From Candidatus Omnitrophota bacterium (lineage in GTDB: Bacteria; Omnitrophota; Gorgyraeia; Zapsychrales; Fredricksoniimonadaceae), in NCBI GenBank assembly GCA_903908245.1, contig CAIVRE010000029.1:14266-78265 (forward strand): a stretch of 64,000 nucleotides of DNA, given 5' to 3'. Both the position numbers and the translations under genes were made by a program. Numbering within the stretch: position 1 is the stretch's first letter; every line of letters begins with the position of its first letter. The notes under the pieces were generated by a model that saw nothing but the letters and a program-made list of their open reading frames with translations, did not search any database and was not told the DNA's origin. Positions 31,319 through 39,742 of this stretch are shown here, one piece after another.

Positions 31319-32419
31319 TTACGATTTGCCGGTCACTGACCGATAAAGGCCCATCGTCCGATCCGCCATCGGAGCAGCAGAAAAATGTGCGGCCGCGAAC
31401 TCCCTGGCCTTTGCACCCATAGCCCGCGCGCGCGAAATATCCGCAAACAAGATGATGACCGCCCGCGCCAGCGCCAATGGGTCCCTGGAAGGAACAAGAA
31501 AACCGGTTACATTATCCCTGACGACTTCCGGAAGGCCGCCGACACGGCTCACGACCGCCGGGATACTCATAGCCGCAGCTTCCAGTACGGAAAGGCCAAG
31601 GCCTTCCTGAAGTGACGGCATTACAAAAACATCCAGGAGCGGAAGCACCTCGGCGGTTTTATTCACCACGGGATAAAAACGAATATTATTTTCAAGCCCA
31701 TTCCTGCGCACTTCAGCCTTAAGATCTTCTTCCATAGGGCCATCACCGAAGATCAAACATTTCGCGTCCGGGAACTGTGCCAAGATCAGCGGCATTGCCT
31801 GAATAAGGAACTCGTGGCCCTTGACATCGGATAAACGCGCAATGATCCCCAGCGTCGGTTCGGATGCCAGGCCCCATTGAGTTCGCAAAGCACGACGGGC
31901 CTCCTCCTCCGGCGGGACAAATCGTTCCAGGTCAATGCCATTGGCAATGGACGCGATCCTGTCCACGGAAAGATGAAAATCCCGGATAAGATGCTCTCGG
32001 ACCGGTGCGCTCACCGCGATCACCTTTGCCCCCCATAATGGCATTATCCGCCGGCCCAAATGGGGACGAAAAAAACCATGGCAAGTTGATACAAAAGGTA
32101 CACGGGACAATCCGGACGCCAACGCCGCGCACATCTGGGTCACACGGGTTTGAGCATGGATAATATCAACCTGTTCATTCCGCACCAGGGCTGCCAGCCG
32201 CGGAGCAAGGGCAAACAAACCCGGATGGACTTCACATTTCACGTTGAACGGGAACAGGACATGATGCGCTCCGGAAGCCTCGAGGTCTGCCACCATGTTC
32301 CCACCGGAAGAAGCGACGATCACTTGATGCCCCGATCCGGTAAAGGCGCGGGTCAGCGTCAAAAGATACGTCGTGATACCGCCAGCGTTAAAATGATTGG
32401 CCAGAAAAAGGATCTTCAT
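31319..32419 (-). CDS. GT4-family (GT-B) glycosyltransferase
   Basis: C-terminal 'EGLGLSVLEAAAMSIPAVVSRVGGLPEVV' E-x7-E motif. 366 aa. Confidence 0.8.
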   Translation of the reverse strand: MKILFLANHFNAGGITTYLLTLTRAFTGSGHQVIVASSGGNMVADLEASGAHHVLFPFNVKCEVHPGLFALAPRLAALVRNEQVDIIHAQTRVTQMCAALASGLSRVPFVSTCHGFFRPHLGRRIMPLWGAKVIAVSAPVREHLIRDFHLSVDRIASIANGIDLERFVPPEEEARRALRTQWGLASEPTLGIIARLSDVKGHEFLIQAMPLILAQFPDAKCLIFGDGPMEEDLKAEVRRNGLENNIRFYPVVNKTAEVLPLLDVFVMPSLQEGLGLSVLEAAAMSIPAVVSRVGGLPEVVRDNVTGFLVPSRDPLALARAVIILFADISRARAMGAKAREFAAAHFSAAPMADRTMGLYRSVTGKS

Positions 32420-34509
32420 TTTAAAAATTTCTTGATCTCACCGTACACCTCACGGGCATTTATATCTTTCATACAGGCATGCGTCCCCGGTTTGCATTTT
32501 GTACTGTAACAGGCAGAACATTCCAGAACTTTGCGGATGACCGTCAAATGATCCGCCGGAGGGATATGCCTCCGGGGATCCGTCGGGCCGAACAACGCCA
32601 CCACAGGAGTTTTCATGGCGGCCGCGATATGTAACGGAGCGGAATCACTGGTCACATACACATCACAAAGCCCGATCAACGCTGAAAGTTGAAGGATCGT
32701 GGTCTTTCCTACTACCAGGCTCGGCCGGGATTTCGCGCGGGCCGCTATTTCTTTGGCAAAAGCCTTATCCTTTTCCATTCCGGTAATGAGCACCCGGATA
32801 TTATCCGCCGCCAAAAGGTCGCACAATTCGGCAATAGACTTCATCGGCCAGTTCTTGGTCGCCCAGCGCTCAGAAGCCGAAATGTTTATCCCGACGACAT
32901 TATGATGCTCCTCGTCGATCCACTCACCCTGCAAGAGTTCACGGGCATACGCCACATCATCCGGCCGCGGCCAAAGCTCAAGCCGGATCTTGTCATTAAA
33001 ACGGACACCGATCTCTTTGAGAACATTGAACTGATGCTGTACCGGCGGCATTTGAGGAAGGTCATCAGGGATGCCATGAGAAAGCAGCCTTCCGAATTTC
33101 TTGTTGTTATAGCCATAACTGGCCTGGGGCATGCACAGATACGCCACCAAATGGGTACGGATATTGTTCTGAAGATCGATCACCTTGTCAAACCGGTACT
33201 TGCGCAGGCGGATGATCAAATTCCAGAAACCCAACAGCCCCTTGTCTTTTTCATGATGATCGTAAACAATAACATCATCGATATAAGGGCAATTATGTAA
33301 AATAACCGCACTTTCCCTGGCCGTAAGGCAACAGATCCTGGCCCGGGGAAAAGAGTCCCTTAATGCCTTAAAAGACGCCGTAGCCAGGATCACATCTCCG
33401 ACAGCACCTAATTTGATCACCAGGATATTCAGGGAATGTTTAAGTTCATCATAAACAGCGAGGGTCTTTTGTGCCATTTGGTCAAGCGTATACTTTTCTT
33501 CAACACGCCGGCGGGCCTCCACACACATGGCGTCGCCTAACTTGCGGTCATTGATCAGCCTCAACACTGCCGCCGCAATGCCATCGGGATCCTTGGGCAA
33601 GACCAGGAGGCCTGTCTTTTCATGCTCAACGATATCGATCACACCGCCGACCTTGGCCGCGATCACCGGAACTCCCACGGCCTGTGCCTCGATAATAACC
33701 CTGCCAAAAGCCTCCGGAGTAACTGTCGATAACACCAGAACGTCGCTCTCCGCCAGGAGTTGCGGGATATCACTTCGGTTCCCCAGGAACTCCACTTTTT
33801 CCTGGATACCAAGGCGCTTGGTAAGCAGCAGAAGGCTTTCTTTATATGCCTGTTTGTCCACCGGGGCGTCCCCGACGATCCTGGCGCGCACATACGGGAG
33901 TTGACGCATTACCTTTGCCATCGCCTGAAGAAAATAGGCATGCCCTTTCAAAGGGGTGATCCTCCCGATGATCGTGACCGTGAACGAGGACTGCCCGGGC
34001 TGGCGTTCACGAAATTTGAATTTGTCCAGATCGACACTGCGATGAATGAGACGGATATTCTCCGGCTGTACGCCAAAATGCTCGATCATATGACGGCCGA
34101 TGATCTCACTGATAACGATCACCAGCTTGCCCCAGCCCATAACATGACTGAATATGTTCTGGGAATAATAGCCATGACAGGTGGTCAGGAAATCAACCCC
34201 TGTCCTGCGGCAGGCAAAATAGGCGATCAAGGCCGGAACGCGCGACCGGGCATGGACGATATCCACTTTTTCGTCGCGGATGATCTTTTCCAACGCACCA
34301 ACGCACTCCAATATCGTCCACCAATTCTTGCGATGGACCGGTAAAGAATAATGCCGGGCCCCCTGAGCTTCCAGCAGCGGGACCAAAGTCCCTCCGTTGG
34401 AGACAACGATCGACTGATGCCCGTGCGCGGCAATATATTTTGACAGGTCAAGCGTGCCCCGCTCAACCCCCCCCACGTTCATTTCAGGCAGTATCTGCAG
34501 TATTTTCAT
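32416..34509 (-). CDS. Bifunctional fusion: N-terminal GT4 glycosyltransferase + C-terminal GT9 heptosyltransferase
   Basis: Residues ~1-360 carry the GT4 motif 'EAFGRVIIEAQAVGVPVIAAKVGGVIDIV'. Residues ~365-697 carry GT9 signatures 'ILVIKLGAVGDVILATASFKAL' and 'SDSAPLHIAAAM'. 697 aa, single ORF. Confidence 0.75.
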   Translation of the reverse strand: MKILQILPEMNVGGVERGTLDLSKYIAAHGHQSIVVSNGGTLVPLLEAQGARHYSLPVHRKNWWTILECVGALEKIIRDEKVDIVHARSRVPALIAYFACRRTGVDFLTTCHGYYSQNIFSHVMGWGKLVIVISEIIGRHMIEHFGVQPENIRLIHRSVDLDKFKFRERQPGQSSFTVTIIGRITPLKGHAYFLQAMAKVMRQLPYVRARIVGDAPVDKQAYKESLLLLTKRLGIQEKVEFLGNRSDIPQLLAESDVLVLSTVTPEAFGRVIIEAQAVGVPVIAAKVGGVIDIVEHEKTGLLVLPKDPDGIAAAVLRLINDRKLGDAMCVEARRRVEEKYTLDQMAQKTLAVYDELKHSLNILVIKLGAVGDVILATASFKALRDSFPRARICCLTARESAVILHNCPYIDDVIVYDHHEKDKGLLGFWNLIIRLRKYRFDKVIDLQNNIRTHLVAYLCMPQASYGYNNKKFGRLLSHGIPDDLPQMPPVQHQFNVLKEIGVRFNDKIRLELWPRPDDVAYARELLQGEWIDEEHHNVVGINISASERWATKNWPMKSIAELCDLLAADNIRVLITGMEKDKAFAKEIAARAKSRPSLVVGKTTILQLSALIGLCDVYVTSDSAPLHIAAAMKTPVVALFGPTDPRRHIPPADHLTVIRKVLECSACYSTKCKPGTHACMKDINAREVYGEIKKFLK

Positions 34510-36476
34510 TGAACGATCTTTCTGACGGCGTCTAATAGCGCGGCGTTATCATCAATAGGGATTGTCATGGCTTTATCTCTCAGAAGCCGGTCGACGGCAT
34601 CCGCGACCTGCGTGGTCCGCGCATATACAACATGACCGCCGGCGCTCAACATCTCCGCGAACTGCGAATACTTGTTGACCAGCGGTTTACGGTCTGGCCC
34701 GTCGATAGGGAAAACAATGACCTTTTTCCCCGAAACAGCCGCTTCCGAAAGCATCGAGATGCTCTCGCCGGAAACAATAACAATATCCGACAGGCCAAGG
34801 ATCCCTCCGACCGCCTCAGGCACATTGTTCCTGGACGCAAGGATAAGAAGTGCCGAACGCGAAAAACCGCTAAATTCACGCGATACCAGCGCCTCGACCG
34901 CCGGGCTTGTCCGGCGGGACGTCGTTACAAGGATATCCGCGCTGAATTTCTCGGCGGCTTCCTTAAGCTGATGAATGACCACGCGCACCTGCTGCTCTCC
35001 CAGAACAAGCCCTTTCGTGTCCCCTCCGATCAGCAGGCCGATCTTCGGCCGGCCATGCAGCTTAAGATGGGAAAAACGGACGGTCAGGCCTCTGACATTT
35101 TCATCGAGATAGGCCTTATCCACCAGATTCGGCGCAACTTTTGTAATTAGAGTATTGGCTGTCACCGCCCCTTTGACATCATGCTGCGGCACCACGACCA
35201 GGTTAAATTGCCTTGCAGAAGGCCCCCCAGGTCGCAGGACACAAATACTCCGCGCCCCGTTATCGGCCGAAAACCACACATTGACCCAGGAATTCCTGGC
35301 CCCGCAGGAAATAACCACATCCGGTTTTACGGATAAAAGGAACGCATAACTTTCCTCTGTCAGAAACGGCTTCAGGGCTGAAAGGCCGAGACCGGCGAAC
35401 AACGGACGAAAGAATGAAAAAACCCTGAAAAGCATTGCCGCCGCTCTGCCGCGCCATTCGATCTTGACCGTTTGAACATTTCCCTTGAACTCCTTTGCCG
35501 TAAACGCGCAGGAAACCTGACGGGCCAGCGCTTGTGACTGGCGTAAATGGCCAGTGCGTCCGTCGTCCAGAATAACGATATCCCTGTCTTTGGAATACTT
35601 CCAGGTCTTATAGAACCATAAATACTCGGCCGGATGCTCTTGTGTCCACCTCTCGAACTGCCCGACGGCCCGGATCATATTGCGGCGCACATCCGGATCA
35701 ACCTCCCCCGTGCGTGTCAGGTCGAAGGGAAGGACTTTCAGGCAATGCGCCTGTCCGCGGACACGGCTGATATCCACCAGGCATACCGGGACATCATATT
35801 TGAGCGCGATCCTTATTGCTCCCGTCGACATTGAAGCCTCACGGCCGAAGAACGGGATCATCATTCCATCGTTACCGCCCTGATCGGCGACCAACGTCAC
35901 GATCTCATTACGTTTAAGGGCTTTGATGATCTCCCGCCCGCCGATCCCGGGATTAATGATCCGGCAACCAGCGCTCATTCTCCATGAGTCAAGCAGATCC
36001 GCCACCTTATTGACATGATCAAGATAATTGGCGACCATATTGTAAGGATGGCCACACAGACTTCCCGCGATGTTCGACAGCTCCCAGTTGCCGGAATGAA
36101 TGGAAAGGAAAATAAGCCCATGGCCTTTTTTTAAAAGCCTGTCAATGTTCTCCCGCCCCTGGACATCCACGTAACTGTCAAGACCGCGGGACGCGAATAA
36201 TGAAAGCCGCGCCACCTCGACAACATTCTGGCCATAATTACGGTAAATGTCCCAAACGATCCTGTCGATCTTTTCGAAAGATACGGACGCCCCCAACGCG
36301 ATGCGCAAATGCTGATACACCTTCCGGCGGTTCCCCGGATTGAACCAGAAGGCGAGCTCCCCCAGCCGGCGGCCTGTCCAAAGAGCAACGCCTATTGGCA
36401 TAGCCTTCATGACCGCTGAAATGCCCTTAAGAGCGGCGCAGGCGACGGATGATTGAAACGAGTTCAGTCTTGCCAT
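34506..36476 (-). CDS. Fusion of a lipid A biosynthesis LpxL/HtrB-family late acyltransferase (N-terminal) with a ~350-aa GT-B-like domain (ELM1/DUF1022-like or a divergent LpxB-like module)
   Basis: N-terminal ~300 aa show the 'LSIHSGNWELS' H-x4-E acyltransferase motif and LpxL-like layout. The C-terminal half has Rossmann-like 'IGLLIGGDTKG' and 'SGESISMLSEAAVSGKKV' motifs typical of the GT-B nucleotide-sugar binding half. 656 aa. Confidence 0.65.
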   Translation of the reverse strand: MARLNSFQSSVACAALKGISAVMKAMPIGVALWTGRRLGELAFWFNPGNRRKVYQHLRIALGASVSFEKIDRIVWDIYRNYGQNVVEVARLSLFASRGLDSYVDVQGRENIDRLLKKGHGLIFLSIHSGNWELSNIAGSLCGHPYNMVANYLDHVNKVADLLDSWRMSAGCRIINPGIGGREIIKALKRNEIVTLVADQGGNDGMMIPFFGREASMSTGAIRIALKYDVPVCLVDISRVRGQAHCLKVLPFDLTRTGEVDPDVRRNMIRAVGQFERWTQEHPAEYLWFYKTWKYSKDRDIVILDDGRTGHLRQSQALARQVSCAFTAKEFKGNVQTVKIEWRGRAAAMLFRVFSFFRPLFAGLGLSALKPFLTEESYAFLLSVKPDVVISCGARNSWVNVWFSADNGARSICVLRPGGPSARQFNLVVVPQHDVKGAVTANTLITKVAPNLVDKAYLDENVRGLTVRFSHLKLHGRPKIGLLIGGDTKGLVLGEQQVRVVIHQLKEAAEKFSADILVTTSRRTSPAVEALVSREFSGFSRSALLILASRNNVPEAVGGILGLSDIVIVSGESISMLSEAAVSGKKVIVFPIDGPDRKPLVNKYSQFAEMLSAGGHVVYARTTQVADAVDRLLRDKAMTIPIDDNAALLDAVRKIVQ

Positions 36477-37485
36477 AAGTCAATTCGAATTCCACATCGA
36501 TCACAATAAGCCTTATCCCGTTAAAAAGATCACGAAAATCCTTTAATTTCACATAATCCTTATGTGTAATAAAAACATTACCCAGCTTTTTCTCCCTGCA
36601 CTCTCCGACGATATTTTTAACATCCCGCGTGATATAACGATAATGATCTTCAAAAGGAATGAACACCTTAAGATCGATCCCAGCCCCCTTAAGCGTGCGC
36701 TTGAAACTATCCGGATCCCCGATCGCGCAAAATGCCGCGGCCGGCCCCGTGATACGATGCTGCTCTATCGTTCCTTCGCCAAAGACATCCCGTACCGCGC
36801 ATACACGATGCACCCCCTGGAACAATACCGCATCCGAAGCGATCCTCTTAAGCCTGGCTTTAAGAAGATCCAGCTCTTCTGTAGAGACACGGTCGACCCT
36901 CGTCAATACCAGAACTCCGGCACGGCGCAACATTCCCGGACTCTCGCGCAAGATCCCACGGGGGATCAAAAAACCATTACCCAAAGGTTCCCGGCTGTCG
37001 ACCAGGATAATATCAAGGTCACGTTTGAACCGCCATTGCTGAAATCCGTCGTCAAGGATCACGCAATCATAGCCCCCGGCCTTGAATGAAGACTGAAAAC
37101 TTCTGACACGGTCCGCCCCGGTAAAAACCCTTGGGCCAACAAGTTCTTTCAACATTTCCGCTTCATCACTGGCGCCCCCCTGCCCTCCCATAAACCCGCG
37201 GGTCAGGACCATCGGGTTATACCCTTCTTCCATTAAAACTTTGCAAAGCATGGCCACAAAAGGCGTCTTGCCGGTGCCTCCGGCTGTCAAATTCCCGACA
37301 CTGATCACAGGGACCGGCGCCTGAAAAACCTTAAAAATACCGGCCTCATAAAGCCATCGAACAAACATTACGACCGAACCATACGCCAGAGACAAGACCC
37401 ATAAGACCGGCCTAAGACACAAGGCTCCCGTCCCTTTTTCACGGTCCAGGGCAACATTTGTTAAATAACAGACCACCCTGTTCAT
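36427..37485 (-). CDS. lpxK: Tetraacyldisaccharide 4'-kinase
   Basis: P-loop 'VGNLTAGGTGKTPFV'. 352 aa. Lies between the lpxL-like and waaA genes. Confidence 0.85.
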   Translation of the reverse strand: MNRVVCYLTNVALDREKGTGALCLRPVLWVLSLAYGSVVMFVRWLYEAGIFKVFQAPVPVISVGNLTAGGTGKTPFVAMLCKVLMEEGYNPMVLTRGFMGGQGGASDEAEMLKELVGPRVFTGADRVRSFQSSFKAGGYDCVILDDGFQQWRFKRDLDIILVDSREPLGNGFLIPRGILRESPGMLRRAGVLVLTRVDRVSTEELDLLKARLKRIASDAVLFQGVHRVCAVRDVFGEGTIEQHRITGPAAAFCAIGDPDSFKRTLKGAGIDLKVFIPFEDHYRYITRDVKNIVGECREKKLGNVFITHKDYVKLKDFRDLFNGIRLIVIDVEFELTYGKTELVSIIRRLRRS

Positions 37486-38741
37486 TCACGCACCATTCCG
37501 GCGATCATATCGACCGCCCGTTGAGTTGCGCCTCGATTACGGTAAATGACCATTCTGGCCCGCTCACCAAACTCTGTCCTGAGCATAGGATCCGCCAGCA
37601 ACCGGTGAACGGCCTGCCCGAGCCCCTGAGCATCAACGACCTGGATCACAGCTTTTTCTGCACAAAACGCCTTGCTGATATCCCGAAAATTCTGCATATA
37701 CGGGCCCGTTATCACGGGCTTCCCGAACATCGCCGGTTCAATGATATTATGCCCGCCTTGGGCCGTCAGGCTCTTGCCAACAAAAACAACCGTTGCCAGC
37801 GAATAGAACCACGGCAAATGTCCGATCGTATCGACAACCATGACCTCTCCGCTATTCATCACCCCGTTCCTTTTCGAGAACAAGAACGGTTTCAATCCCG
37901 CTTGACGAACAAGTTCCGCCACAGCCAAAGACCTTTCCGGATGACGTGGCGCCAGAATAAGGCAAAGCCCCGGGAAAAGACCTCTTTCCGCCAGAAAAAC
38001 ATTGATCAGCAACTGCTCCTCGCCGTCATGTGTACTGCCTCCAAGCAACACCATTTGACCCGGCGCACAGCCATATTCTTTCGGGTCCGCGACAACAGCA
38101 TCAGGGACATTATCAAACTTCAAATTGCCAATGACCCGGACATTACGGCTGGCCGCACCTAATGCGATAACACGCCCGGCATCCAGTTCGCTTTGCATAC
38201 CAAAAACAGCCACCCGTTCCAGTGTTTTCTTAAGCAGCCACTTGACCCGGCGATAGCGGGGGAACGCCTGGTCGGAAATACGCCCGTTCAATACCAGGAT
38301 CGGGACCTTATCCACGGATAACCGGGCAAAAAGATTCGGCCAAAGTTCGGTCTCGGCCGCAACATACACCACCGGCCGTATCACACGGACAAAACTGTCA
38401 ACCGTAATGCTCAGATCAAGAGGCGACCATAGGACCGTCGCGATACCATGATATTTCCGCTGTGCAAATGAATAACCGGTCTTTGTCGTCACTGTCAGGA
38501 CGATCCGCCCGGAAGGGAACCTCGCACGCAAGCCAGCAACAACACCATCTATTGCGGCGACTTCCCCGACACTCACCGCATGCAGCCAAAGGTTCTCGCC
38601 CCTGGCCAAAGTCTGCGTAATATCGGGCCGGAAAAAACCAAACCGTTCCAGAAAGCCCTTGTGCCACTTCCCGCGCAACAAAAGTACCGGGAAATACAGG
38701 ATAAAATAAACCGTAAAGATAATATCGAAAAAAACAAACAT
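37482..38741 (-). CDS. waaA: 3-deoxy-D-manno-octulosonic acid transferase (Kdo transferase)
   Basis: 'LWLHAVSVGEVAAIDGVVAGL' N-terminal signature, GT30 layout. 419 aa. Confidence 0.88.
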   Translation of the reverse strand: MFVFFDIIFTVYFILYFPVLLLRGKWHKGFLERFGFFRPDITQTLARGENLWLHAVSVGEVAAIDGVVAGLRARFPSGRIVLTVTTKTGYSFAQRKYHGIATVLWSPLDLSITVDSFVRVIRPVVYVAAETELWPNLFARLSVDKVPILVLNGRISDQAFPRYRRVKWLLKKTLERVAVFGMQSELDAGRVIALGAASRNVRVIGNLKFDNVPDAVVADPKEYGCAPGQMVLLGGSTHDGEEQLLINVFLAERGLFPGLCLILAPRHPERSLAVAELVRQAGLKPFLFSKRNGVMNSGEVMVVDTIGHLPWFYSLATVVFVGKSLTAQGGHNIIEPAMFGKPVITGPYMQNFRDISKAFCAEKAVIQVVDAQGLGQAVHRLLADPMLRTEFGERARMVIYRNRGATQRAVDMIAGMVRE

Positions 38742-38747
38742 GGCCGC

Positions 38748-39608
38748 TTATGCCCTCGGGTGCGCCTTGTTATAAACACTCTTCAGCTTTTCAGTCGTCA
38801 AATGAGTATAGATCTGCGTAGTCGACAAATTCACATGCCCCAGGAGCTCCTGGACAGATCGCAGGTCCGCCCCGCGATTAAGCATATGCGTGGCAAAGGA
38901 ATGCCGGAACATATGCGGATGGACCTTCTGCGCAATGGCTGCGTGTGTAATATGTTTATTAATAATATTCCGTACGCTGCGCCCCGTCAGCCTTCCGCCG
39001 GACTTGTTCAAGAACAGCGCTTCACTTTTAAAGGGCCTTGCCTTCAAATATACAGAGATCGCCTCCGCGGCATTGGGCCCGATCGGAACGATCCTCTCTT
39101 TCTTCCCCTTGCCAAAAACCTTGATCATATGACCGGTAAGATCAACATCCTCCCGGCTTAATCCCACAAGCTCGCTGACCCGGATCCCCGCGGAATACAT
39201 GGTCTCAAAAAGCGCCTTGTCCCGCAGGTCGGAACCCTGTTCTTCGGACGGAGACTCCATCAATTTCAATGTGTCGTCTTCCGTCATAAAATGCGGCAGG
39301 ACCTTGTCGAGTTTTGGCGTCACCACCAGCGCCGCGGGATTCTTTAAGATCACCCCTTCCCTCTGAAGGAACCGAAAGAACGACCGAAGCACAGAGATCT
39401 TGCGGGACACACTGCGCGGACGAAGCTCCCTGGCCCGTAATTCCGCCAGAAAACGGCGAAGAGTCGGATACTCCACCTCTGTCACCCGTTCATGCCCCAG
39501 GAAAGCAAAGAATTCTTCAAGGTCAAGCCTGTAATTCAGGACCGTATGCCCGGAATAATTCTTCTCGACTTCCAAATGCTTAAGAAAACTTGCGATGATC
39601 GTATTCAT
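38748..39608 (-). CDS. Tyrosine recombinase, XerC/XerD type
   Basis: N-terminal SAM-like core-binding domain, catalytic 'R...HMFRHSFATHML...LLGH..L..TQIYTH' (R-H-R-H-Y). 286 aa. 6 nt upstream of waaA. Confidence 0.85.
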   Translation of the reverse strand: MNTIIASFLKHLEVEKNYSGHTVLNYRLDLEEFFAFLGHERVTEVEYPTLRRFLAELRARELRPRSVSRKISVLRSFFRFLQREGVILKNPAALVVTPKLDKVLPHFMTEDDTLKLMESPSEEQGSDLRDKALFETMYSAGIRVSELVGLSREDVDLTGHMIKVFGKGKKERIVPIGPNAAEAISVYLKARPFKSEALFLNKSGGRLTGRSVRNIINKHITHAAIAQKVHPHMFRHSFATHMLNRGADLRSVQELLGHVNLSTTQIYTHLTTEKLKSVYNKAHPRA

Positions 39609-39742
39609 AAAAAGATTTATATATTATAGCGAATAATGGCGTTATTGAAGGGAAAAGTCAGGAAATTCTTACCCGGGATAAAATACCGTTCCGGATCCGG
39701 TCACTTACTTCGCAGGAATGATCAAACGAAAATCGCAGGATA

